Positions 1 to 8,764 of a stretch of DNA of 64,000 bases are shown piece by piece. Every line of letters starts with the position of its first letter. The stretch's first letter is position 1. This stretch comes from Candidatus Binatia bacterium (GTDB taxonomy: Bacteria; Desulfobacterota; Binatia; UBA9968; JAJDTQ01), in contig OY762897.2 in NCBI GenBank assembly GCA_963666515.2, positions 736,001 to 800,000 of the forward strand, given 5' to 3'. Below the pieces are notes generated by a model. The model did not search any database. It was not told the DNA's origin and saw nothing but the letters and a program-made list of their open reading frames with translations. Both the position numbers and the translations under genes were made by a program.

Positions 1-1437
1 CTGTTCGAGCAGGAAGGGTCCGACGCGTGGTTCCTGAGGCCGCCGGAGGAGCTGGCGCCTTCGGGGTTCCGCTGCCAGAGCTGCGGCTCCGTCCGGTTCT
101 CCAAGGAGGAAGACATCCTGGACGTCTGGTTCGACTCCGGCGTGAGCCACGCCGCGGTGGTGGAACGCCATCCGGAGCTGGGGGGCAGGGCCGATCTCTA
201 CCTGGAGGGCAGCGACCAGCACCGCGGCTGGTTCCACACCTCGCTTCTCACATCCGTGGCCAACCGCGGCCGGGCGCCCTACGACGGCGTCCTGACCCAC
301 GGCTTCGTGCTGGACGGCAAGGGACACAAGATGTCCAAGTCGATGGGCAACGTCACCGCGCCCCAGGAGATCATCAAGAAGTTCGGCGCCGACATCATCC
401 GGCTGTGGGTGGCGGCCGAGGACTACCGCGACGACGTGCGCATCTCCGACGAGATCTTGAACCGGCTGGTGGAGTCGTACCGCCGGCTGCGCAACACCGC
501 CCGTTTCCTCATCGGCAACCTGCACGACTTCGACCCCGCGGCCGACTCGGTGAGCCCCGATGCGCTGGAGCCCTTGGACCGCTGGATACTGGACCGCAAT
601 CAGCGGCTGCTGGGACGGTGCCTCGAAGCCATGGACCGGTTCGAGTTCCACGCCGTCTACCACGCGCTGAACAACTACTGCAGCGTGGATCTCAGCTCCC
701 TCTACCTGGACATCGTCAAGGACCGGCTCTACTGCGAGGCGCGCGAGTCCAGCGGACGGAGATCTGCGCAGACCGCGCTCCACCACATCCTGCAGACCCT
801 GGTCCACCTGATGGCGCCCATCCTCTCGTTCACCGCGGAGGAGGTATGGGAACATGCGCCGCGCACCGCGGCGCGGCCCGACAGCATCCTGCTCTCGCCC
901 CTGCCGGAACCGGACGAGAGCCTGTCGGATGCGGCGCTGGCAGCGGAGTGGGACCTGCGCCTGAGCCTGCGCGGCGAGGTGCTGAAGGCGCTGGAGGCGG
1001 CGCGTCAGTGCGGCGCCATCGGCCATTCGCTGGACGCGCGGGTGGCGCTCTATCCAGACGCCTACGGGGAGGCTCCGGCCATTCAGGAGCTGTTGCGCGC
1101 CGATGCGCCGATGCCGTGGGAAGACGTCTTCATTGTCTCGCAGGTGTCGGTGACGCCGGGCGAGCCGTCCGGCGATCTCGTCTACCCGGAGCCCAAGGTC
1201 GGAGGCGAAATCGACGGCAAGGGGGCTGAGGCGACAACGACTCCAGGGCGGGGCACGGGCTACGAGAGCCTGCTCCTGGGCGGGGCCATCGGCGTTTACC
1301 CGGCCGACGGCGGCAAGTGCCAACGGTGCTGGAAGTACCACGCGGCGGTAGGAGCGGACGCCGCCCATCCGGGGGTCTGTCCCCGTTGCGCGGAGGTGTT
1401 ACGATCTTTACCGCAGGCCGAAAGCGCGCACGCATAG
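1..1437 (+). CDS. ileS: Isoleucyl-tRNA synthetase, C-terminal part (5' end outside window)
   Basis: Frame open from base 1; LDVWFDSG, YLEGSDQHRGWF, KMSKS motif, C-terminal zinc finger CQRCW...CPRC; followed by lspA. Confidence 0.97.
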   Translation: MFEQEGSDAWFLRPPEELAPSGFRCQSCGSVRFSKEEDILDVWFDSGVSHAAVVERHPELGGRADLYLEGSDQHRGWFHTSLLTSVANRGRAPYDGVLTHGFVLDGKGHKMSKSMGNVTAPQEIIKKFGADIIRLWVAAEDYRDDVRISDEILNRLVESYRRLRNTARFLIGNLHDFDPAADSVSPDALEPLDRWILDRNQRLLGRCLEAMDRFEFHAVYHALNNYCSVDLSSLYLDIVKDRLYCEARESSGRRSAQTALHHILQTLVHLMAPILSFTAEEVWEHAPRTAARPDSILLSPLPEPDESLSDAALAAEWDLRLSLRGEVLKALEAARQCGAIGHSLDARVALYPDAYGEAPAIQELLRADAPMPWEDVFIVSQVSVTPGEPSGDLVYPEPKVGGEIDGKGAEATTTPGRGTGYESLLLGGAIGVYPADGGKCQRCWKYHAAVGADAAHPGVCPRCAEVLRSLPQAESAHA

Positions 1438-1913
1438 TCTCCCTGCTGGCCGTGATCCTGCTGCTCGACCAGGGCGCCAAGCTGCTCGTTGACCACACGA
1501 TTCCGCTGCATCACTCGATTCCCGTCATCGAGGGCTGGTTGGACCTGATCCACGTCCGCAACACGGGAGCCGCGTTCGGGTTGCTGGCCGGTCAACACCG
1601 CGCCTTGGGCTCCTACGTCCTGATCGTCTTCTCGCTGGTGGCCATCGGCTTCGTGATCCATCTTCTGCGCCGTCTCTCCGACACGGACACCGGGCTCATC
1701 CTGTCGTTGACGTTCATACTGGCGGGGGCGCTGGGCAATCTCGTGGACCGCGTGTTCCACGGCGAGGTGATCGACTTCGTGGACGTCTACTGGAATGCCT
1801 GGCACTGGCCGGCGTTCAACGTGGCGGACAGCTTCATCACCATCGGCGCGGTGCTGTGCGTCTGGTGCCTCATGCGCACCAAGGGCCGTGACCCGTTCGC
1901 TCCCGCCCGGTAG
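1404..1913 (+). CDS. lspA: Lipoprotein signal peptidase II (start uncertain)
   Basis: DQGAK, NTGAAFG, GALGNLVDR, VIDF, WPAFNVADS motifs; ileS-lspA synteny. Confidence 0.95.
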   Translation: MFTAGRKRARIVSLLAVILLLDQGAKLLVDHTIPLHHSIPVIEGWLDLIHVRNTGAAFGLLAGQHRALGSYVLIVFSLVAIGFVIHLLRRLSDTDTGLILSLTFILAGALGNLVDRVFHGEVIDFVDVYWNAWHWPAFNVADSFITIGAVLCVWCLMRTKGRDPFAPAR

Positions 1914-1918
1914 CGCTC

Positions 1919-2692
1919 ATGGAACAGCAGGTCACGTTCGGCAATGCCAAGGGTGAGCGTCTGGCGGGGGTGCTCCACCTTCCGCAGGAGGCCGCCAACG
2001 GTTTCGGCGTGATCCTGTGCCACGGCATGGAATCGAGCAAGGAGAGCCGCAAGCTGCTGCACCTGGGCGGGTCCCTGAGCCGCGCGGGATTCACCGTGCT
2101 GCGCTTCGACTTCACCGGCGCCGGTGAATCGTCGGGGGACTGGGACTCCATCACCTGCACCCGCCAGGTGGAGGATCTCAGGGCCGCCCATGAATTGTTG
2201 AAAGGCCGCGGGATCGTGCGGGTGGGCGTCATCGGCTCCAGCATGGGAGGCACGACGGCGCTCGCGTACGCGAGCGGGGCGGAGAACGTGGCCGCGGTGG
2301 CGACCCTGGCGGCGCCCTTCGATCCGCGCGAGTTGCTGGAGCGAGACTTCCATCCCGAGGCCATCGAGCTGTGGCGCGCCCAGGGTTTCATCGAGTTCGG
2401 CGGCGGCCGGCTCACGACGGACTTCCTGGAAGAAGCCCTCACCGTGGACGCCGTTGCCACCGCGGCGCGGATCACCTGCCCGGTGCTGGTGATCCACGGG
2501 GACGCCGACATGACCGTGCCGGTGAGTCAGGCGCGGGCGCTGTACGCCGCGCTGCCCGGCGAGAAGGAGCTGCTGATTTTCCCCGGCGCCGACCACCGCT
2601 TCACGGGAGCGGAAGACCGCGACGCGGCCCTGAGCCGGGCCGAGGACTGGATGACGCGACACCTGGGAGCCGGTCCGGGCAATGCGCCGTAA
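1919..2692 (+). CDS. Alpha/beta-fold hydrolase
   Basis: CHG, LRFDFTGAGES, GSSMGG nucleophile elbow, IHGDAD, GADHRF. Confidence 0.9.
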   Translation: MEQQVTFGNAKGERLAGVLHLPQEAANGFGVILCHGMESSKESRKLLHLGGSLSRAGFTVLRFDFTGAGESSGDWDSITCTRQVEDLRAAHELLKGRGIVRVGVIGSSMGGTTALAYASGAENVAAVATLAAPFDPRELLERDFHPEAIELWRAQGFIEFGGGRLTTDFLEEALTVDAVATAARITCPVLVIHGDADMTVPVSQARALYAALPGEKELLIFPGADHRFTGAEDRDAALSRAEDWMTRHLGAGPGNAP

Positions 2693-2735
2693 AGGATTCG
2701 GTTTGTCCGGACAGGCTCTTACGGAGGTCCGCGGT

Positions 2736-3131
2736 GTGACCCGGCGCGGCGTGTTGTGTGCGGTAATGCTGGGAGTCCTCGGCTGCCAAGGCGAAGGCGA
2801 TACCACGGCCCAGGGAGCGGCGGAGGCGTTCCTGGACTGGCACTATGTGGAGATCGACCTGCCGCGGTCCAGGGAATACACCGTCGGGCTGGCCCGGAGC
2901 AAGCTGGACGAGCAGATCCGGCTGACGTCCGGCCACGCCATCGACGCGGGCACGCGCAAGCCCCGGGTCTACTACAAGCTCGTGGAACGAAGGGACGCCG
3001 GTGGCCGCAGCGCGTTCGTCTACCGGCTCACCATCCGGCCGGAAGGCGGCGGGGAGTTCTCCCGCAGGCTGCTCATCCGCGTGCGCAAGGAAGAAGCGGG
3101 CTGGCGGGTGTCCAACTACATGGAATACTGA
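2736..3131 (+). CDS. Hypothetical lipoprotein
   Basis: GGAGG (2723-2727) before GTG 2736; signal peptide ending in lipobox-like VLGC. Confidence 0.65.
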   Translation: MTRRGVLCAVMLGVLGCQGEGDTTAQGAAEAFLDWHYVEIDLPRSREYTVGLARSKLDEQIRLTSGHAIDAGTRKPRVYYKLVERRDAGGRSAFVYRLTIRPEGGGEFSRRLLIRVRKEEAGWRVSNYMEY

Positions 3132-3144
3132 CGCGTCAGTTGTT

Positions 3145-4416
3145 ATGACTACAGGTGCCATGACTCTGAGTGAAACAGGGCCTCTGGCCCCCTATCGTAT
3201 CCTGGATCTGACCGACGAGCTGGGCTTCCTCTGCGGCAAGACCCTGGGCGATCTGGGCGCGGACGTGGTCAAGGTGGAGCGTCCAGGCGGGGACGCCGCC
3301 CGGCTGATCGGGCCGTATCTCGACGGCGAGCGCCATCCGGAGAAGAGCCTCTACTGGTTCGCCTTCAACAACAGCAAGCGCGGCGTCACGCTGAACCTCG
3401 AGGCTCCCGAGGGGCAGGCGCTGTTCAAGCGCCTCGTGGAGAAGGCGGACTTCGTGCTGGAGACCTTCCGGCCGGGCTGGCTGGAGGAGATCGGCCTCGG
3501 CCATGACGTCATCCGCGCCGCCAACCCCGGCACCGTGCTGGTGTCCATCACCCCCTTCGGCCTCACCGGCCCCTACAGCCGCTACCGGGCCACGGACATC
3601 GAGATCATGGCCATGAGCGGCTGCATGTCGCTCACCGGCGATCCGGACAAGCCGCCGCTTCGGGTGACGTTTCCGCAGAGCTATCAGTGGACCGGCTCCT
3701 ACGCCGCCATGGCGGCGCTGGTGGCCCACACCCAGCGCCGGCGCACCGGCCGGGGCGAGCACGTGGACGTGTCGGCCCAGGCCTGCATGCTCTGGGGCTT
3801 CTCCCACGCCCATACCTTCTGGGACCTCAACCGCTCGGTGGAGAAACGGGCCGGCTCCTTCATGACCGGCCGCACCATCACCGGCGCCAAGATGCGGGTG
3901 TTCTGGCCCTGCAAGGACGGCTACCTGAACTTCATCATCTATGGCGGCGAGGCCGGGCGAAAGACCAACCAGGCGCTGGTGGAATGGATGGCGGAGAAGG
4001 GCGCGGCTCCCGCGTTCCTGCTGGAGAAGGACTGGCGCACGTTCAACATCGAGCAGGTGACCCAGGAAGAGATCGACGTCATGGAGGAGCCCATCGCGGA
4101 GTTCTTCACCGGGGTCACCAAGGCCGAGTTCTTCGAGGCGGTGACGAGCCGCGGCATGTTGGGCTACCCGGTGTCCACCGCCCAGGAGCTGCTCGCCGAC
4201 CCGCAGCTCAAGGCGCGGGATTTCTGGCAGGAGGTGGACCACCCCGAGCTGGGCCGCTCCATCACCTACCCCGGAGGATTCGCCCGTTTCTCGGAGTTCC
4301 CCTGCCGCATCCGCCGCCGCGCGCCGCTCATCGGCGAGCACAACCGGGAGATCTACGGAGAGCTGGGTCTGGATGCCGGGGAGCTTTCCCGGCTGGAGAG
4401 CGAGGGCGTGATCTAG
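3145..4416 (+). CDS. Class III (CaiB/BaiF) CoA-transferase, probably non-catalytic subunit
   Basis: YRILDL, LGDLGADVVKVE, NNSKRGVTLNL, APLIGEHN; no Asp at the expected catalytic position (FPQSYQWTG). Confidence 0.92.
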   Translation: MTTGAMTLSETGPLAPYRILDLTDELGFLCGKTLGDLGADVVKVERPGGDAARLIGPYLDGERHPEKSLYWFAFNNSKRGVTLNLEAPEGQALFKRLVEKADFVLETFRPGWLEEIGLGHDVIRAANPGTVLVSITPFGLTGPYSRYRATDIEIMAMSGCMSLTGDPDKPPLRVTFPQSYQWTGSYAAMAALVAHTQRRRTGRGEHVDVSAQACMLWGFSHAHTFWDLNRSVEKRAGSFMTGRTITGAKMRVFWPCKDGYLNFIIYGGEAGRKTNQALVEWMAEKGAAPAFLLEKDWRTFNIEQVTQEEIDVMEEPIAEFFTGVTKAEFFEAVTSRGMLGYPVSTAQELLADPQLKARDFWQEVDHPELGRSITYPGGFARFSEFPCRIRRRAPLIGEHNREIYGELGLDAGELSRLESEGVI

Positions 4417-4443
4417 GGGTCTTGCTCTGGAAGCGGAAAGGTC

Positions 4444-5658
4444 ATGAAAGCACTGGAAGGTCTCAAGGTGGTGGAGTTCGCCGCGTACGCGGCCGGGCCG
4501 GTGGTGGGCAAGCACCTGGTGGACCAGGGCGCCACGGTGGTGCACCTGGAGTCGCGGATGCGCCCCGACGGCTTCCGCACCCACTATCCGCCGTACAAGG
4601 ACAACATCCACGGGCTCAACCGCTCGGGCCTGTTCGCGCTGTGCAACAGCGAGAAGCTGGGCATCACCCTCAACCTCAAGAAGGGGCCGGAGGCGACGGC
4701 CCTGGCCAAACGCATCGCGGGATGGGCGGACGTGCTGGTGGAGAACTTCAGCCCCGGCACCATGGGCCGTCTGGGCCTGGGGTACGAGACCCTGAGCGAG
4801 GTCAACCCGAGGCTCATCATGCTGAGCAGCTCGAACCTGGGACAGAGCGGCCCCCACGCCCATCATCCCGGCTTCGGCTCCCAGTTGTCCTCGCTGGCGG
4901 GCTTCACCAACCTCACGGGGTATCGGGACGGCTCGCCCCAGATCCTCTACGGCCCCTACATCGACTACATCGCCGTGGGCTACGGCGTGGTGGCGGTGCT
5001 GGCGGCATTGGAGCACCGGGACGCCACCGGCCGCGGCCAGCACATCGACCTGGCGCAGTACGAGACCGGGCTCCAGTACATCGCTCCGCTGCTGCTGGAC
5101 TACACCCTCAACGGCAACATCGCCGTGCGCGACGGCAACCGCCATCCGGAAGCGTCGCCCCACGGCGCCTTCCCGTGCGCCGGCGACGACAACTGGTGCG
5201 TGCTCAGCGTGGCGTCGGACCAGCAGTGGCGCGCCCTGTGCCAGGCCATGGACCGCCCGGACTGGGGCGGCCGGGACGAGTACGCCACCGCGGAGCGGCG
5301 ACAGAAGCGGGCGGACGAGTTGGAGGCCCGCATCGGCGAGTGGACCCGACAGTTCGAGGTACGAGAGTTGGTGGAAAAGCTCCAGGCCGCCGGCGTGCCG
5401 TCAGGCGTGGTCAACGGTATGGACCATGTCTACGACGACCCGCAACTCGTGCACCGCGGCCAGTGGAACCGCATGGACCACCCCGAGATCGGCGCCATGT
5501 CGTACCAGCGCGCTCCCTACACCCTGTCCGAAAGCGACGGCGGCCCCGACCGCCGGGACCCCCTGCTGGGCGAGCACAACGAGTACTTCTACCGCGAGCT
5601 GCTGGGGCTTGCGGAGGACGAGTTCGAGACGTTCACGCAAGACGGGATCATCGACTAG
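4444..5658 (+). CDS. Class III (CaiB/BaiF) CoA-transferase, catalytic subunit
   Basis: LEGLKVVEF, ADVLVENFSPG, GPYIDY (catalytic Asp), HIDLAQYE, PLLGEHN. Confidence 0.93.
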   Translation: MKALEGLKVVEFAAYAAGPVVGKHLVDQGATVVHLESRMRPDGFRTHYPPYKDNIHGLNRSGLFALCNSEKLGITLNLKKGPEATALAKRIAGWADVLVENFSPGTMGRLGLGYETLSEVNPRLIMLSSSNLGQSGPHAHHPGFGSQLSSLAGFTNLTGYRDGSPQILYGPYIDYIAVGYGVVAVLAALEHRDATGRGQHIDLAQYETGLQYIAPLLLDYTLNGNIAVRDGNRHPEASPHGAFPCAGDDNWCVLSVASDQQWRALCQAMDRPDWGGRDEYATAERRQKRADELEARIGEWTRQFEVRELVEKLQAAGVPSGVVNGMDHVYDDPQLVHRGQWNRMDHPEIGAMSYQRAPYTLSESDGGPDRRDPLLGEHNEYFYRELLGLAEDEFETFTQDGIID

Positions 5659-5673
5659 AGCGACGCCTGCCGA

Positions 5674-6156
5674 ATGAACGCGTGCGCCACAATCCAGCTC
5701 GGCGACGAGGCCTTCGCCGCCATGACCGCCCACGCCTCGGAGACCTACCCGGAAGAGTGCTGCGGAGTCATCCTCGGCGGCGACAGCGGCGACGAGGTCC
5801 ATCGGCTCGACAACATCCAGAACCGGCTGCACGCCGCCGATCCCGAGACGTTTCCCAGGGACGCACGCACCGCCTACACTCTGGACCCGAAGGAATTCGA
5901 GGCCGTCCTGCAGCAGGCGGAGAGCCGGGGTTTGGCCTTAAAGGCTCTCTACCACTCCCATCCCGACCACGACGCCTATTTTTCCGCGGAAGACAGGGCG
6001 TGCGCCACGCCCTTCGGCGAGCCTACCTATCCCGACACGGTCCAGATCGTGATCTCGGTGATGAACGGCCGCGTCGGGCGTGTGGCGGTCTACGCGTGGA
6101 GCCCCGATGCCGAGGATTTCGTCGAGACCACCCTGAAGCGGGTGCCGGACCGTTGA
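5674..6156 (+). CDS. JAB/MPN+ (M67 family) metallopeptidase
   Basis: YPEECCG and YHSHPDHDAYFSAED (E...HxH-x7-S-x2-D). Confidence 0.92.
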   Translation: MNACATIQLGDEAFAAMTAHASETYPEECCGVILGGDSGDEVHRLDNIQNRLHAADPETFPRDARTAYTLDPKEFEAVLQQAESRGLALKALYHSHPDHDAYFSAEDRACATPFGEPTYPDTVQIVISVMNGRVGRVAVYAWSPDAEDFVETTLKRVPDR

Positions 6157-7010
6157 TGCCGCAGCATCACAACCTGGACGTTCGCGGCCTCCGCATCCAC
6201 TGGGTCGAGTGGGGCAGGCGGGGACCGCAGCCGGTCATCCTCGTCCACGGCTTTCGTGACCACTGCCGGACCTGGGACTTCTTCGTGAACGAACTGCTGG
6301 CCATCTCGCCGGACCTGTGGCTGGTGGCGCCGGACTGCCGGGGCCACGGCGACAGCGGTTGGGTGGGCGCCGGCGGCTACTACCACTTCTTCGACTATCT
6401 ACTCGACCTCGATTGCCTCGTTCGGCATCTGGACGCCCCGGTCGTGCGGCTCGTGGGTCATTCCATGGGCGGCACCATCGCCTGCCTTTACGCCGGGACG
6501 CATCCCAGCCGGGTGTCGAAGCTCGTTTCGGTGGAGGGTTTGGGACCGGCTGGAATGTCGTTCGCCGACGCGCCCAGGCGAGCCGCGCAGTGGCTGGAGG
6601 AGGTGCCGGCCGTGGAGGATGGCGCCGGCTATGCGAGCCTGGAGTACACCGCAGACCGGTTACAGCGAGCCTATCCCAGGCTGACCGAGGAGCGGGCGCG
6701 TCACCTGGTCCACCACGGGATGCGCCGGATGGAGACGGGCGCATGGCAGTGGAAGTTCGATCCGCTTCACCGGACCACCTCGCCGCAACCGTTCTACGTG
6801 GAGCAGTTCCGTGAGTTCCTGCGCCGCGTCGCCTGTCCGAGCCTGGTGATTCAGGGAGCGGAGAGCGAGCACCGGGTGCGGGGCGACGTAAAGGCCCGGT
6901 ACGGTTGGCTGCCCGGCGCGGAACTCGTCACCTTGCCAGACGCCGGCCACATGGTCCAGCAGGAGAACCCGGAGGCCCTCGCCCGAACCCTGGCGCTGTT
7001 TCTCGTGTGA
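6156..7010 (+). CDS. Alpha/beta-fold hydrolase
   Basis: TGATG overlap with JAB stop; VHGF, PDCRGHGDS, GHSMGG, AGHMV. Confidence 0.92.
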   Translation: MPQHHNLDVRGLRIHWVEWGRRGPQPVILVHGFRDHCRTWDFFVNELLAISPDLWLVAPDCRGHGDSGWVGAGGYYHFFDYLLDLDCLVRHLDAPVVRLVGHSMGGTIACLYAGTHPSRVSKLVSVEGLGPAGMSFADAPRRAAQWLEEVPAVEDGAGYASLEYTADRLQRAYPRLTEERARHLVHHGMRRMETGAWQWKFDPLHRTTSPQPFYVEQFREFLRRVACPSLVIQGAESEHRVRGDVKARYGWLPGAELVTLPDAGHMVQQENPEALARTLALFLV

Positions 7011-7052
7011 GCCGCGCTGGTATTCTGCGCCCCCAACCCAGCGCGCTCAGGT

Positions 7053-7081
7053 TTGAAATGCCCACGCGATGTTGCTACCGT
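7053..7081 (+). promoter_or_regulatory. Putative sigma70 promoter
   Basis: TTGAAA-17 nt-TACCGT with extended TG, 20 nt before GTG 7102. Confidence 0.4.
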
Positions 7082-7101
7082 GCGGGCCAGGGAGAGCAAT
7101 C

Positions 7102-7386
7102 GTGGGCAACGACGTAAGACTGTTCCTGCGGGCGGGAGAGCAGGTCAAGCACAACCGCAACCTCCAGTGGGGCGTCGGAATCGTGGAGGAAGTGATGACC
7201 TCTAACGTCCCTGGCGGCACTTGTCTGGCCCGGATCCGCTTCCAGGACGGCCGCCTCCGCGTCTTCCACAACGACCTCGATAACGAAGGCTGCTGCTATT
7301 ACTTCGGCATCCGCCACTACGACGATCCCGGCCACAAGAGCGTCCGCCGCCAGCTCCTGGCGTACCTCGACTCCGACGACTGCTGA
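7102..7386 (+). CDS. Small SH3-like / DUF3553-like protein
   Basis: GGAGAG RBS before GTG; VKH...QWGVGIV...IRF pattern, CCYYFG. Confidence 0.65.
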   Translation: MGNDVRLFLRAGEQVKHNRNLQWGVGIVEEVMTSNVPGGTCLARIRFQDGRLRVFHNDLDNEGCCYYFGIRHYDDPGHKSVRRQLLAYLDSDDC

Positions 7387-7389
7387 CGG

Positions 7390-7515
7390 ATGACCAGGAC
7401 CTTCGCCGGAGTGCGGGTCATCGATCCTGCGGCGAAGCGATCAGGTCGGAAGGCTCGTGTGCCCGTCAATGCCGGCCGGTCGTCGCCGGCAATCCCCCAG
7501 TCGTGCACACGTTGA
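7390..7515 (+). pseudogene. Possible N-terminal stub of a CaiB/BaiF CoA-transferase
   Basis: ATG 7390 reads MTRTFAGVRVID, typical class III CoA-transferase start, then degenerates into the convergent ATPase gene end. Confidence 0.4.
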
Positions 7516-8620
7516 ACACCCAATCACCCCGGCGCACGCGGTATGGCCGTTTGGCCGCGGGACTGACAAGGTAGTTTTCGCCCCGTGGATAGATGGCGCG
7601 GAACGCCTGGACCGCGACGATGTTCAGCCTGTCCGGATCGATCCTGCACTCGAAGAGGTCCAACTGGTCGCGGCCCCGACGGACCACGAAGTCCACTTCG
7701 CGGTGCGATTTGTCCAGCCAGTAGAAGATGTCCTCATCCCGGTGCCTGTAGCGCAGAGAGTCCAGAACGAGATGCTCCCACAGCAGTCCGCGGTCGTCGT
7801 CCCTGACACTATCCCAACCCTTTTCCAGCGTGACGAAACCCGTATCGAAGGCATAACACTTGGGGCGGCTGACGATCTCGCGCCGGCCGCCGCCGTGGAA
7901 GGGGCGCACCAGATGCACAGCGTGAGCAATCTGCATGGCTTCGATGTGCGCCTTGACGGACGGACGGCTGAGCTCACTGAGACTGGCCAGTTTGCCGTAG
8001 TCGAGCTGCCCGCCGCTCTGGCGCAGCAGCAGCCGGAAAAGCGACAGAAAGCCCTGACGGTTGCGGATCGCGAACAGTTCCAGGATGTCGCGGGCGTAGA
8101 AGCTGTCGATCCATTCGCTGAAGAAATCGGGATCCTTGCAGTCCGCCAACAGCGGCTCCGGCAGGCCGCCGTGCAGCAACCGGCGGTCGAGGCTTCCGAT
8201 CCCGAACGGACCGGAGCATTCCTCCCACAACACCGGGCAAAGGTGCACTTCCGCCTTGCGTCCGGTGAGCGAGTCACGAAACTTGCCGGTGGCCGCCAAC
8301 GTCGATGATCCCGTGGCCAACACCCTGACCTGCGGATATTCATCGGCCGCGATCTTCAATAGACGGCTGGGGTCGGCCAAACGGTGCACCTCGTCCAACA
8401 CTACGACCGCCCCCGGAGTCTGACCTTCCAGGAACAGCTCTGGGTCCTCGAGAGCCCGAAGCGAGGACGGCAAGTCACAGTTCAGATAAACGACGTTCTC
8501 ATCCGGCAACATCCGCGCCAACGTCGTCTTGCCCACCCGACGGACGCCCGATAGCCAGACCACGGAACGACGCGACCAAGCTCGGAGGACTCGGTCCAAC
8601 CAAAGTGCGCGTTCAATCAT
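7466..8620 (-). CDS. AAA+ ATPase with DUF4143 (AAA_14 family)
   Basis: GVRRVGKTT Walker A, VVLDEVH Walker B, ATGSS, PKCYAFDTG, EVDFV. Confidence 0.92.
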   Translation of the reverse strand: MIERALWLDRVLRAWSRRSVVWLSGVRRVGKTTLARMLPDENVVYLNCDLPSSLRALEDPELFLEGQTPGAVVVLDEVHRLADPSRLLKIAADEYPQVRVLATGSSTLAATGKFRDSLTGRKAEVHLCPVLWEECSGPFGIGSLDRRLLHGGLPEPLLADCKDPDFFSEWIDSFYARDILELFAIRNRQGFLSLFRLLLRQSGGQLDYGKLASLSELSRPSVKAHIEAMQIAHAVHLVRPFHGGGRREIVSRPKCYAFDTGFVTLEKGWDSVRDDDRGLLWEHLVLDSLRYRHRDEDIFYWLDKSHREVDFVVRRGRDQLDLFECRIDPDRLNIVAVQAFRAIYPRGENYLVSPAAKRPYRVRRGDWVFNVCTTGGLPATTGRH

Positions 8621-8764
8621 ACTCGTATTCTACATTCAGCCGTCCAAATGTAAAGTACGATGGCCGTAAAGTCTATGGGGGGAGTCGGCGGACAGAGTGT
8701 AGAGGAAAGCGGGACTTGGCAAGTGGTCCAAGCCCTTGCCAAATCCCGCATGTTGCTCGATCGG

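Noticed and set aside
3136-5163. Many long antisense or alternate-frame ORFs (also 3687-7010 upstream part, 9569-12376 upstream part, 17072-19684, 27873-30824, 42484-45114 upstream part)
   Set aside because: Shadow ORFs from high GC3 codon bias; Arg/Gly/Pro-rich, no motifs, overlapping well-supported genes.
5674-6156. CBASS/Bil-type ubiquitin-like defence system
   Set aside because: No CD-NTase, E1, E2 or Ubl genes nearby; the context is metabolic.
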